Source of the DNA: a virus
Reading direction: 5' to 3' (one strand)
DNA: 43,266 nucleotides
IMG/VR virus record: IMGVR_UViG_3300045988_018111
Span: 1 to 43,266 of that record
In this document: one piece after another, positions 30,442-39,098 of the stretch
How positions within the stretch are numbered: the first letter of the stretch is position 1
Layout of the letters: the number at the start of each line of letters is the position of its first letter
Notes under the pieces: generated by a model
What the model saw: the letters and a program-made list of their open reading frames with translations, nothing else
What the model was told of the DNA's origin: nothing
The model's database searches: none
Position numbers and translations under genes: made by a program

Positions 30442-31410
30442 TTACTCCTCGATGAAAAACACCGTGCCATACGGCGCGTGGCTCGGCGGCGAAGCGCCGA
30501 ACGTGTAATTGCCGCTCAGCACCAGATAGCCGCCGCCGAGCGAGACGACAGGGTAGTCGCTGGCATTGTCTTTTCCGATCAATGCAAACGGCCCCAGCTC
30601 GGATTCAAGAAAGATATTTCCCGCTGCGTGCATCTTCATGCCACCATAGGTCGCCGTCAGACCGACGCCGACCTGCCCCGTGCCCGTGTAGGCAAGATCC
30701 ATGCTGCCGACAGGGGTATCTCCGGCCAGCAGGCTCACGCTTCCGCCGCGCAGCGCACCCGCTGTCAGCGTGCCATAGATGTTCACTGCATCCACGCACA
30801 GATCAATGCTGCCCGTGCTCGCTACCTGCACGCCGTTGTAATTGAGCTTGAAGGTCGTGCCGTTCTCGCCGCTCGTCGCGCCCAGCGTGAAGCCGGTCGC
30901 GCTCTGGTCAAAGATGCTCTGCGCTTGCGTCGCGTCGATCTTGGTGCTCACCGTCGCGCGGATGCCGTTCACGTCCGCCGTCAGGTTTGTCACGCTGCCG
31001 TTCAGGTTCGAAATGCTCGCCTGCAACCCCGTCGCCGTCGCTTGCAGCTGCGTGATGTTCCCCTCGGCGTCGCCGATGCGCGCGGCGAGACCGTCTGCTC
31101 TCGCGCCGAGTTGGGTAATGTCGCCCTTGGCGTTTGCAATCTCCGCAGATAGTCCCTCCGCCGTGATGCTCAGCTCATTCACGTTCTTGTTCGTGTCCTC
31201 GATCTTGGCGTAGATCGGTTCGCGGATATTCTTGATAAACTCGCTCAGTGCATTTTGATTGATGTTGCTCCCGTCCAGATTGAAGAGCGTATACCGAAGC
31301 TGTTCCAGAAGCACGAAAAGGTAGTCATAGACCCCGTTGATCTGCTCCTGCGTGTCTTTGCCTTCGCCGTTCGGGAAGGTCGTCTCCACCAGCTGAAATG
31401 TCGTCGGCAC
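30442..31410 (-). CDS. Tail fibre/spike protein with coiled-coil repeats (GTG start)
   Basis: Repeats LSAEIANAKGDITQL / LAARIGDAEGNITQL / LQASISNLNGSVTNL are typical of phage fibre shafts. Confidence 0.65.
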   Translation of the reverse strand: MPTTFQLVETTFPNGEGKDTQEQINGVYDYLFVLLEQLRYTLFNLDGSNINQNALSEFIKNIREPIYAKIEDTNKNVNELSITAEGLSAEIANAKGDITQLGARADGLAARIGDAEGNITQLQATATGLQASISNLNGSVTNLTADVNGIRATVSTKIDATQAQSIFDQSATGFTLGATSGENGTTFKLNYNGVQVASTGSIDLCVDAVNIYGTLTAGALRGGSVSLLAGDTPVGSMDLAYTGTGQVGVGLTATYGGMKMHAAGNIFLESELGPFALIGKDNASDYPVVSLGGGYLVLSGNYTFGASPPSHAPYGTVFFIEE

Positions 31411-31416
31411 TTGTCA

Positions 31417-31782
31417 TCACACCTTCCAGTTGCCCTTGCTTTCTTTGCGGTTTTCGCGCCGCCACCATGCCATAGCATCGGCCACCGCATCGTTGGCAAT
31501 GGCGTGGTCGTTGGCATAGAGCGCGCTGTCCTGATTGTAGGCGTCGAGCTGCGCTGCCAGATATAGGTGGTAACACTCGTTGTGCCCGTCCGGCAGCAGC
31601 AATTCCATATCATCGACGCTTGCTGTGTCATCCTCCACGCTCACCTTGAGAACGGGGGCTTCCTCCCCCATCATCTCGGCGATTCGGTGCTCAAGCACCA
31701 TGAGAATTTCCGCCTTGCGCGGCGTGCTCAATTTGTTAGGCCGCAGCGCATCCGCGTCACGGATAGCTTTCAGCATTTTCAT
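31417..31782 (-). CDS. Head-tail adaptor-like protein (121 aa), uncertain
   Basis: ORF track. YHLYLAAQLDAYNQDSALYANDHAIANDA...WWRRE resembles connector/adaptor families. Weak. Confidence 0.4.
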   Translation of the reverse strand: MKMLKAIRDADALRPNKLSTPRKAEILMVLEHRIAEMMGEEAPVLKVSVEDDTASVDDMELLLPDGHNECYHLYLAAQLDAYNQDSALYANDHAIANDAVADAMAWWRRENRKESKGNWKV

Positions 31783-31785
31783 ACA

Positions 31786-32586
31786 TTAGACCTCCGTGAA
31801 ATACTGTCCCACGAGCTCGTGCGGCAGATACTGGAGAGTGATTTTGTTACCGGACTGCTCACCGATACGCTCGCAGAGGTACGTCTTGCCGTCCTCGCTA
31901 TCGAGGTAGTACTTGCCATACTCGTACTCCATGCCGCGGCTTGCGGGGATGGGGTCATCCTGCGTGCCCGCGTGCGTAACGTCGATCACAACCCACAGCG
32001 CGGGCGTCTTGTCCGGCGTCCAGTCGGCCTGAGAAGTGTGCGCCTGACGGCACTTGTGCACCTTGCCGCCGTAGCTCCTGCGGTCGCCCTCCGCGTAAGC
32101 AACAGGATACGCCCATGCCGTGATGAGCTCGGGCACAGTCGCCGCCTCGCCGTCGCTCAAGCTGACCGTCGCCTGCTCGATGATAGGCCGCAGCTCCACC
32201 GCACGGGCGTATGTGACCGGCGCGCCCGCAAGGGCGGTAACGGTCGCTTTGGCGCTTTCCTCTTCCGCGGGCTTGCCCATCTTGATAGATACTGTGCCGT
32301 CGCGGTGGTCGGTAATGGCCCCGCTCAGGCTGTACGCGCTGTTGTCCCACTCGTTGACGACTTCTTCGGTCTCGCCCGTGGGCTGGCCGTCCGAATCGTA
32401 CTTGGGTACGGTGTCGCGCTGGACGATGCTCCACGGGGTGTTATCAGGCAGCAGCGCCGCCGCCTCGTCGTGGGTCATGGCGAGGTGGATGGTCTTTGTG
32501 TCGCGTCCGTCCCACATGCGGTCGTTGTTTGCACCGCTGACCGCTGCGGGATATTCAGTGTTGTTGACTTTGATGTAGATTGCCAT
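31786..32586 (-). CDS. Tail-associated protein with CBM5/12-like carbohydrate-binding motif
   Basis: AWAYPVAYAEGDRRSYGGKVHKCRQAHTSQADWTPDKTPALW follows the CBM5/12 pattern (Y..Gd.V.y.Gk.y.C.q.HtS...W.P...palW). Confidence 0.6.
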   Translation of the reverse strand: MAIYIKVNNTEYPAAVSGANNDRMWDGRDTKTIHLAMTHDEAAALLPDNTPWSIVQRDTVPKYDSDGQPTGETEEVVNEWDNSAYSLSGAITDHRDGTVSIKMGKPAEEESAKATVTALAGAPVTYARAVELRPIIEQATVSLSDGEAATVPELITAWAYPVAYAEGDRRSYGGKVHKCRQAHTSQADWTPDKTPALWVVIDVTHAGTQDDPIPASRGMEYEYGKYYLDSEDGKTYLCERIGEQSGNKITLQYLPHELVGQYFTEV

Positions 32587-32598
32587 AGTTTCACTCCT

Positions 32599-33726
32599 TT
32601 AAGCGATAAGTTCGAATTCTTCGTTCACGAGGGCGTCGGACGGGAGGATGATGCAGGGGCGGATACCGTTGCTCTCTGTTACGGATGCACTATCGTAGGT
32701 ATACCCTCTTACTAATCCTGCATAATTAATGTCCAAAGTGGTTATGGATCGGAGCCACCACTTGGTGAGGGTTCCGTTATAAGTGGCAAGGTAGGCAGGG
32801 TTATTGATAATGCTCTCTGGGAATCCGTCTAAACCCGCGCCATCCGCCGGAAATATATTTCTAAAGTTGAGTTCATAACCTCCAAGAAGAAACACCTTGC
32901 AGGACAGTCCATTTGCGCCGCTCTGCACACTTCCGCCTTTTCCGCCTTTGAGATACGGAATCTTCGCCTGTTTAATTGCGCTCTGAATGTTGGTATCAAA
33001 CAGGCTCAGGAACGTGCTGTTTAGATAGGAGTGGATAGAGCTATTTTCGTACAATAATTCAGAATTACTGTTCCACTGTCGCATCTCGTAGATGTCCTTC
33101 ATCAACAGCCATGTTCCGTCGCAGCTGCTGTCATACAAGCTGCTCGGCAAGCCCTGCTGGACGACCAAGAATTCCTTCTTCACACCGCTGACGTTCGTGA
33201 ACACCGATTGCCCGACGCCCAGCGCCGACAGCTTCGTCCCCGCGCTCGGGAACGTGATGTCATCCCCCGTCCCGCCGATAAGCGTCCTGCCTTTGAGGAT
33301 GTTGTACACCGTGCCGTTGACGAGACATTTCCCGCCCATAACTTCGTAGGCCGTGCCGTTGACGAGGGTCTTGTGTTTTGTGTATCCACTTGGTAATGCA
33401 GGGGCTCCACTTTTCGTCGTAAAGCTTCCGGATTTATCGAACTGCGATCCTGCTGTCACCCAACTCCCGGACGTTTTTTGGTAGTAGAGTGACGCGCTCC
33501 AGTTGTACGTTGTCCCAGGCGTCAGCCCCGTGATGTCGAGAGAAAAAGTGTTTTCGCCGCCGCTTGTCTCCGGCGATAACGCAGAAAATGTCCCGACGCC
33601 GCTGACGGCAACGTCCATGCGCCGCTGACCTTTATAGCTGCTTGACCCTCCGGAAAACTTTCCGACTGCGTGGGCGATAGTCCCGTTGCTAGAATCTGGC
33701 GTTATCTCTACAGTAAATGTAGCCAT
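32599..33726 (-). CDS. Receptor-binding protein candidate: FN3-like N-domain plus AT-richer C-terminal module
   Basis: The N-domain is paralogous to 29959..30438. The C-terminal part (…WLLMKDIYEMRQWN…SYLNSTF…KVFLLGGYEL…WWLRS…GIRPCIIL) resembles a domain widespread in Firmicutes surface proteins. Its DNA (about 32600..33130) is visibly AT-richer. Confidence 0.55.
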   Translation of the reverse strand: MATFTVEITPDSSNGTIAHAVGKFSGGSSSYKGQRRMDVAVSGVGTFSALSPETSGGENTFSLDITGLTPGTTYNWSASLYYQKTSGSWVTAGSQFDKSGSFTTKSGAPALPSGYTKHKTLVNGTAYEVMGGKCLVNGTVYNILKGRTLIGGTGDDITFPSAGTKLSALGVGQSVFTNVSGVKKEFLVVQQGLPSSLYDSSCDGTWLLMKDIYEMRQWNSNSELLYENSSIHSYLNSTFLSLFDTNIQSAIKQAKIPYLKGGKGGSVQSGANGLSCKVFLLGGYELNFRNIFPADGAGLDGFPESIINNPAYLATYNGTLTKWWLRSITTLDINYAGLVRGYTYDSASVTESNGIRPCIILPSDALVNEEFELIA

Positions 33727-33738
33727 CTCAGTCCCTCC

Positions 33739-35790
33739 TTAGCCGTACACCCAGTTAATGGCGTAGTTTTCGGTTGGCGTGGTCTCCGTTGCAACCAGCG
33801 TCTGCTTGACGATGTTGCCGGATGCGATGTAGTCTATGCCACGCGTCGCCGCAACCAGCCCGCCCGAGCCGTTGCCCTTGATGAGAGAGGTGGTGGAGGG
33901 GACATTGACGGGGCCTGCGGGGCCCTGCGGGCCGGTCGCGCCGGTCTCGCCCTTCGGGCCCTGCTCGCCGGTGTCGCCCTTGGGGCCTTTGATGTTGACC
34001 GTCGCGGGATTCGCAAGCCCGCCGTCGTTCGTCCAACTCAGGTCTCCCACCGCGGACACAGCAGGGGTAAAGGTCGCGCCTTTTGCGCCGTCCGCACCTT
34101 TCGCGCCATCCGCACCGGCGGGGCCCGTCTTGCCTTGGGGACCCGTCAGGCCTTGCGGGCCGGTTTCACCTTGCGGACCAGTCTTGCCCTGCGGCCCCTG
34201 CTCACCCTGCGGGCCCGTCAGGCCTTGCGGGCCGGTTTCACCTTGCGGACCAGTCTTGCCCTGCGGGCCCTGTTCACCCTGCGGACCCCTTGGCCCCTCT
34301 GGTCCGGTATCTCCCTTCGCGCCGTCAGTGCCGGCAGGCCCCCGTGCGCCCGTGTCGCCCTTCGGGCCCTTGAGGTTCACGGTCTGCGGATTCGCCTTGC
34401 CGCCGTCGTTCGTCCACGACAGGTCGCCGTCGTCGCTCATGCTCGGCGTGAACGTCACGCCGTCACGTCCGTTTGTCCCGTCCTTACCCGGCGCACCGTC
34501 TGCGCCGTCTTTCCCAGGCAGGCCGTCCGCGCCCTTTGCGCCGTCCTTGCCGGGGGCTCCATCCGCCCCGGCAGGGCCTTGAGGACCAGTCTCGCCGGGA
34601 TCGCCTTTCGGGCCCTGCGGACCCTCGGGCCCCGTGTCACCTTTCGCGCCCTGCAAGGGGCCGTTGTTGATGAACTCGCCGGTAATACCGTCGAAAATGT
34701 AGATGTCGTAGGGCTCCGCCGTGCCCACGCCGTAGGCATCGCCCGCCGCTGCGGTCGCTTTCTGCGCGGCGTCCAGCGCAGCCTTCGTGCCGTAATAGCC
34801 CAGCACCTTGAAGCCTTTGCCGGTGTCCCCTTTGGGGCCTGCTGGCCCCGTCTCTCCTTGCGGGCCGGTCTGCCCCTGCTGGCCTTGTTCGCCCTTCGGG
34901 CCGCGCGGACCTTCGGGGCCGGTCGGTCCGGTCGCGCCGATGTCACCTTTCTCTCCTTGGGGGCCGGTATCGCCCTTGTCGCCTTTCAGCGCGGCAAGCT
35001 GTGCCGCCGTGAAGTCGGAATAGGTAAAGGCATCGCCCTTGTCGCCCTTTGTGCCCTGCGGGCCAGCGGGGCCAATCTCGCCTTGAATGCCCTGCTCTCC
35101 CTGCGGGCCGCGCGCGCCGGTTTCACCTTTGGGGCCCTGCGGACCGGTCGCGCCGGTTGCGCCGGTCTCGCCTTTTGGACCCTGTGCGCCGGTTGCGCCC
35201 GTGTCGCCCTTGGGGCCGGTCGAGCCTGTGTCGCCCTTTGGTCCCTGTGCGCCGGTGTCGCCCTTGGGGCCGACTTCGCCCTGCGGACCGGTCGCGGCAA
35301 CACCCGTGTCGGCAAAAGCGCCCGCCGTGGCGTCCCACTTGAACCAGTTGCCCGTGGTCTCGTCGACGTATGGCATCTTGGAAACCGCCGTCTCCGCATC
35401 CGCCGCCGCCCGCAAAACTTCATCGACCCAGCTTTGATAGGCCGGAGGCGGTGCCTCTCCGCTGTTTTCCAGCGTTTCGCGCACGCGTGTTTTATATATC
35501 TGGCTCTTCACAATGGTATCGCCAACGGTATAGCGCAGCTCTGCCGCGCCCTCACCGGCCACCGCCGTATCAACACTCGATACCAGCCACACGAGCGCGC
35601 CGTCTTCTTCTGTCACCGTCACGGGATACGGCTGCGCATCGCCGTTTCGCTGCACAATCAGGCTCGCCACGCCCTCGCCATAGCCCTCGCGCCACTTTCC
35701 CAGCACGTCAAAGACGACCTTGCGCGCCTGATTCTCGCCCCTGCGCCCGAGCTTGATCTCTTCGAGCGCGTAAGCATTTTCAATAACCAT
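33739..35790 (-). CDS. Collagen-like (G-X-Y) tail fibre with BppU-N-like N-terminus
   Basis: N-terminal [18 protein letters not shown]...[16 protein letters not shown]. Four long GXY tracts. Duplicated globular inserts G(V/A)[21 protein letters not shown](L/I)KGPKGDTG. Confidence 0.85.
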   Translation of the reverse strand: MVIENAYALEEIKLGRRGENQARKVVFDVLGKWREGYGEGVASLIVQRNGDAQPYPVTVTEEDGALVWLVSSVDTAVAGEGAAELRYTVGDTIVKSQIYKTRVRETLENSGEAPPPAYQSWVDEVLRAAADAETAVSKMPYVDETTGNWFKWDATAGAFADTGVAATGPQGEVGPKGDTGAQGPKGDTGSTGPKGDTGATGAQGPKGETGATGATGPQGPKGETGARGPQGEQGIQGEIGPAGPQGTKGDKGDAFTYSDFTAAQLAALKGDKGDTGPQGEKGDIGATGPTGPEGPRGPKGEQGQQGQTGPQGETGPAGPKGDTGKGFKVLGYYGTKAALDAAQKATAAAGDAYGVGTAEPYDIYIFDGITGEFINNGPLQGAKGDTGPEGPQGPKGDPGETGPQGPAGADGAPGKDGAKGADGLPGKDGADGAPGKDGTNGRDGVTFTPSMSDDGDLSWTNDGGKANPQTVNLKGPKGDTGARGPAGTDGAKGDTGPEGPRGPQGEQGPQGKTGPQGETGPQGLTGPQGEQGPQGKTGPQGETGPQGLTGPQGKTGPAGADGAKGADGAKGATFTPAVSAVGDLSWTNDGGLANPATVNIKGPKGDTGEQGPKGETGATGPQGPAGPVNVPSTTSLIKGNGSGGLVAATRGIDYIASGNIVKQTLVATETTPTENYAINWVYG
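34142..34285. repeat. 72-bp tandem duplication inside the collagen tract (69/72 identical)
   Basis: Units 34142..34213 and 34214..34285 encode [24 protein letters not shown] twice. Confidence 0.9.
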
Positions 35791-35808
35791 GTTGTCACCT
35801 CTCTTATG

Positions 35809-35854
35809 GAAAACGGCGCAGCAAGAGCGACTTTTTCGTCCCTTGCTGCGCCGT
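35809..35854 (-). terminator. Rho-independent (probably partial) terminator between head and tail modules
   Basis: Minus strand ACGGCGCAGCAAG-N16-CTTGCTGCGCCGT, perfect 13-bp stem, followed by TTTTCC. Confidence 0.7.
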
Positions 35855-35892
35855 GTCGCAACTCATTTTTCGTGTCTCGCGGTCGTATTCAC

Positions 35893-36174
35893 TTACGCGT
35901 TGTGGGCCTTCGCGCTCTCAACGTAGTCGCTGCTCATCGTCTGGATGAGATTTGCGGTCGAGGCATCCTGTCTCATCTGGTTCTGGATGGCCCACAGGAA
36001 CTTTCTCTTGACCTGTACGGTCACGCCGCGCTGAATCAGGCAGCTTTCGCCGTTCACGCACACCAGCAGGTCATCCTTGTACTTGCCGCTGTCCTTGAAC
36101 AGGCGGACGCTGACGTACTCCTCGCCCGCGGGGGCGGCGTTCACAGCCGCAACGGCGTTCTTTGCTTCGCTCAT
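35893..36174 (-). CDS. Small head-module protein (93 aa; decoration/unknown)
   Basis: ATG 36174 lies 8 nt after CGGAGGAAAG. The alternative GTG 36213 would add 13 aa. Confidence 0.6.
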   Translation of the reverse strand: MSEAKNAVAAVNAAPAGEEYVSVRLFKDSGKYKDDLLVCVNGESCLIQRGVTVQVKRKFLWAIQNQMRQDASTANLIQTMSSDYVESAKAHNA

Positions 36175-36230
36175 CGGTCTTTCCTCCGTTTCAGTGGCGG
36201 GGGCGGCGTTCACAGCCGCCCCCTTGGTGG

Positions 36231-37490
36231 TTAGGTCAGCGGGGTCTCGTCAAACGTAGAAGTGGTCTCCACGCGAATCATATACGCCTCAACCAGACGT
36301 TCGGCGACCTTGGTCGCCTTCCAGCCGACGGTTGCACGCTGGTTCAGCGGGTCAGCCGTACCGGCAGAGCCGAGCGGCTTGACGATGTGCTCAAGGCCAC
36401 CACCGGTCAGCTCGGTCGTACCGTAAGCCTCCGCGCCCATGATGAGGGTGGAGTAGACGTTGCGGCCCTTCGCACCGGCTTCGCCCGGATAGATGGTGGT
36501 CGACGCCGTCGGGGTGGCAGCAGGCGCTTCTTTCAACGTGATCGTCGCGCTGCCAGCACCCGCGGCCGTGGCACTCTCGATCTCAAGAAGTGCACCACCG
36601 ATGACGACCTCACGGCCAGCCAACTTTGCGGCGTCAGCAGTAGTGATGGCCTCGTTTACGGTCAAGACCTTGCTGGATGCGCTCTTGACGGTCAGGTCGC
36701 GTGCGCCCTCAGTCAGGTCATCCGCGTGGAACACCTTCGCTTCGGTCGTCTCGATAAAGCGGACGCCCGCGATCTTGCCGATCTCGTCGTCGTAGATGTT
36801 GCTGGTGTCCTTGTACTCGTGCGGGCGCTTCCAATCAGGGTCATCCTGAATGTCGTAGGAACAGTCAGGGTGAATGATGGCCCAGTAAGAACCCTCATAG
36901 CGCGGGGCGTTCATGGTTTTCAGGAAGCGAACCGCCTTGCGGACGGCGCGCACCGTGAAATAGTGGTTGCCCGCGGCCTCGCCGCCAACGAGCAGATGAC
37001 GGCCCGTCACCTGACCTTCGCCGTACTGGACGTTGGAGCCGCCGTTGATGACCTCGCGGGTGATGGTGTCGAGCGTGCGGCCCGCCTGAGAGCCGAGCAG
37101 CACCGTCGCTTCCTGCAGGTTGTTGTCGATGGCGGTCAGGTCGAGGATATCGGAAATCTCGACGAAATCGCCGTACTGGTCGACCTGCGCGGTCAGCGTG
37201 GTCATGGACAGCTTACGTCCCTTGGGCGTCACGCCTTCGGTGATGGGCGTCAAGGCCTTGGGCAGCGGATCATACTTACGGAACTCGATTTCCTTGCCCT
37301 TGCCCTTGGGGATGTTGCGCTTCTGCGCGAAGCGGTCATGCACCAGCTCGGGTTCGGCGTTGTCGATCAGGGTGTCGCAGTAGTAGGTCTTCATCTCGCC
37401 CGAGAGACCGGCATCGGTCGTCACGTTCGTCTGGCCCTCAAACAGGCTCAGAATAACGGGCAGAATGAAAATGTCTTTGAACTTCTTCAT
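36231..37490 (-). CDS. Major capsid protein, N4-gp56-like family
   Basis: YYCDTLIDNAEPELVHDRFAQKRNIPKGKGKEIEFRKYDPLPKALTPITEGVTPKG...AQVDQYGDFVEISD follows the N4-gp56-type MCP pattern. Position is after the scaffold gene. Confidence 0.8.
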   Translation of the reverse strand: MKKFKDIFILPVILSLFEGQTNVTTDAGLSGEMKTYYCDTLIDNAEPELVHDRFAQKRNIPKGKGKEIEFRKYDPLPKALTPITEGVTPKGRKLSMTTLTAQVDQYGDFVEISDILDLTAIDNNLQEATVLLGSQAGRTLDTITREVINGGSNVQYGEGQVTGRHLLVGGEAAGNHYFTVRAVRKAVRFLKTMNAPRYEGSYWAIIHPDCSYDIQDDPDWKRPHEYKDTSNIYDDEIGKIAGVRFIETTEAKVFHADDLTEGARDLTVKSASSKVLTVNEAITTADAAKLAGREVVIGGALLEIESATAAGAGSATITLKEAPAATPTASTTIYPGEAGAKGRNVYSTLIMGAEAYGTTELTGGGLEHIVKPLGSAGTADPLNQRATVGWKATKVAERLVEAYMIRVETTSTFDETPLT

Positions 37491-37533
37491 AGAGTTTTGT
37501 CTCCCTTCTTACAGTCGGTAAATTAGGCGGGCA

Positions 37534-38571
37534 TCAGAATACGATGCGCTCGCCGCGCCGAACGCGCCTTGCGATCTCTGCGCGGTCGGCCTTCGTGAAT
37601 TTGCTCGGGTCACTCTTGACAATGACCCCCGGCTGGGAAGTGGTTCCATTCTCGTTCGGGCGCATTCCTTTCGCGCGGACATTGTCCATCACGCGCTTTT
37701 CCATCTCCGCCGCAGCTTTCGCCGCGCTACGAGCCTGAATGTCGCCTAAATGGGATACCTCGTAAGCGTCTTTTACAGGAACGCCAGCACGCAGCATCGC
37801 AATGAAACGCGGATTCTCCGCGACTTCGCGCTTGAGGTCGAAGTCAGGGTACTCGCCCGGTGCGTCCGCCGTGCCGACCAGCTCGCTCGCCTGACGGATC
37901 CAGTCGTTATAAGTCTCGTCGGCTTTCTGCTGGCGCTGCCTGTCTTCTTCCTGGCGTTTGAGCGCTTCGTTTTCCTGCTGCATCCGCGCATACTCGCGGT
38001 ACTGTTCCACGCTCATGCCCATGCTCTCCGCTTCCGCATTGTAGAGCACGCTGTTGAGCGCCGCATCGCCCTCAAAAGCCGCACGCAGCTTACTCATATC
38101 GCCGTCCGACACGCCATAATGGCGCATCAGTGTGTCGATAATGGGCTGCGAATCTGCGATCTTCTGGTCTTTGGCCTTCTCTTCGCCGAATCTGCGGTTG
38201 ATGATGCGCTGCGTCTCCGCGGTATAGACGTCCTTGTATTTGCCGTTTACGAGGTCAAGGAACTCCTTTTTCAGGTCTTCCCTGCCTTTTTCCGCAGCCC
38301 CGGCGTCGTGCTGCTGCATCTTCGCGCCCTCGCCCTTCGGCTCGCCAGAAGAGGTCCCCGTATCGTCAGGTGTCTCCTGCTTGCCGAACACGACGTTGGC
38401 GTATTCGCCCGTTTTGCCCTTCCGGGTGGGAGAAGAGCTTGCATTCGTGGTCTCGCCCTGTGCGCTCGCGCCTCCCTCAGCGCCGCCCGATGCACCGGCA
38501 GCGGTCCCCGCAGCGGCAGCGCCGCCATCAAAGAGACTCAGGATCACGCGAAGCGTAGTTTTGAGGTTCAT
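37534..38571 (-). CDS. Scaffolding protein
   Basis: Start trimmed to ATG 38571 (AGGAGGGA SD). A/G/E/K-rich helical sequence between the portal/protease and capsid genes. Confidence 0.7.
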   Translation of the reverse strand: MNLKTTLRVILSLFDGGAAAAGTAAGASGGAEGGASAQGETTNASSSPTRKGKTGEYANVVFGKQETPDDTGTSSGEPKGEGAKMQQHDAGAAEKGREDLKKEFLDLVNGKYKDVYTAETQRIINRRFGEEKAKDQKIADSQPIIDTLMRHYGVSDGDMSKLRAAFEGDAALNSVLYNAEAESMGMSVEQYREYARMQQENEALKRQEEDRQRQQKADETYNDWIRQASELVGTADAPGEYPDFDLKREVAENPRFIAMLRAGVPVKDAYEVSHLGDIQARSAAKAAAEMEKRVMDNVRAKGMRPNENGTTSQPGVIVKSDPSKFTKADRAEIARRVRRGERIVF

Positions 38572-38737
38572 GGTATCCCTCCTGCTTGTCAAATCGCGGA
38601 TATTCGGCCCTCCGTGTAGGCCGTGCAGCGCTTCCCATCATCCGCAGGGGAGGGGAGAGCGGCGAAAAGATGAAGAAAAACGCCGACCCTCCCTCGCGGG
38701 CGTATGAATAGGAGGAAGCCACTCGCACGCCTAAAGC

Positions 38738-38770
38738 GTAACATGCGGCTTCCTCCGTCTCACCACGGGC
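38738..38770 (-). promoter_or_regulatory. Late bipartite motif, site B (GCCCGTGGTG-N17-TGTTAC) between Prp-like and scaffold genes
   Basis: See findings. Preceded by the A/T tract AAAAAATTTTT. Confidence 0.5.
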
Positions 38771-38782
38771 GAGAAAAATTTT

Positions 38783-39094
38783 TTAATTCTCTTTGACGTG
38801 CACGCAGATCGCGTCCGGCCTCGTGTCTTCCAGCTGCTTGAGCCCGATGCACGCGGCGATGAATGCCGCCTCGATGCGCTCGTCGCCGCCGCAGTGGATG
38901 AGGAAGCGCGGCGCACCATCGTCTATCTCGAAGCCATAGACCTCGCACTCTCCCTCAGCTTCCATGTTCTTCACATAGCCGCCGAAGGCATACATCACAC
39001 CCGTGATGTAATTGCAGCATTTCTCGTCCGCCGAATGTCCTTCGCACAGGATCATGTATCGACCAATTTCGTGCTCGATGTGAACCATCGTCAT
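38783..39094 (-). CDS. Prp-like (ribosomal-processing cysteine protease family) candidate prohead protease
   Basis: Start trimmed to ATG 39094 (GGGGGTG SD). ILCEGHSADEKCCNYITGVMYAFGG gives a His...Cys dyad in a Prp-like context, plus FLIHCGGDERIEAAFIAACIGLKQLE. Portal-adjacent position. Confidence 0.5.
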   Translation of the reverse strand: MTMVHIEHEIGRYMILCEGHSADEKCCNYITGVMYAFGGYVKNMEAEGECEVYGFEIDDGAPRFLIHCGGDERIEAAFIAACIGLKQLEDTRPDAICVHVKEN

Positions 39095-39098
39095 GCAC

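Noticed and set aside
33850-35330. Highly periodic 9-bp repeats that could be mistaken for a tandem-repeat locus or CRISPR-like array
   Set aside because: The periodicity is the GXY collagen triplet code of an intact ORF. There are no repeat-spacer units and no cas genes.
19275-35790. Diversity-generating retroelement targeting the fibre or RBP genes
   Set aside because: There is no reverse transcriptase gene and no template/variable repeat pair anywhere in the genome.
36128-36219. 23-nt direct repeat gcgggggcggcgttcacagccgc (36128..36150 and 36197..36219)
   Set aside because: It is real, but one copy is in the 5' region and one inside the start of the 93-aa head gene (peptide NAAPA). It looks like a small local duplication that affects only the choice between GTG 36213 and ATG 36174, and I see no further structure.
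33670-36234. 854-aa plus-strand ORF, together with other long plus-strand ORFs (8636..10129, 40239..41696, 36162..37526, 15613..16797, 20883..22028, 31567..32715, 7488..8639)
   Set aside because: All lie antisense to minus-strand genes with clear motifs and SD sites. Their translations are Arg/Ala/Leu/Gly-rich low-complexity without RBS, which is typical of shadow ORFs in GC-rich DNA.
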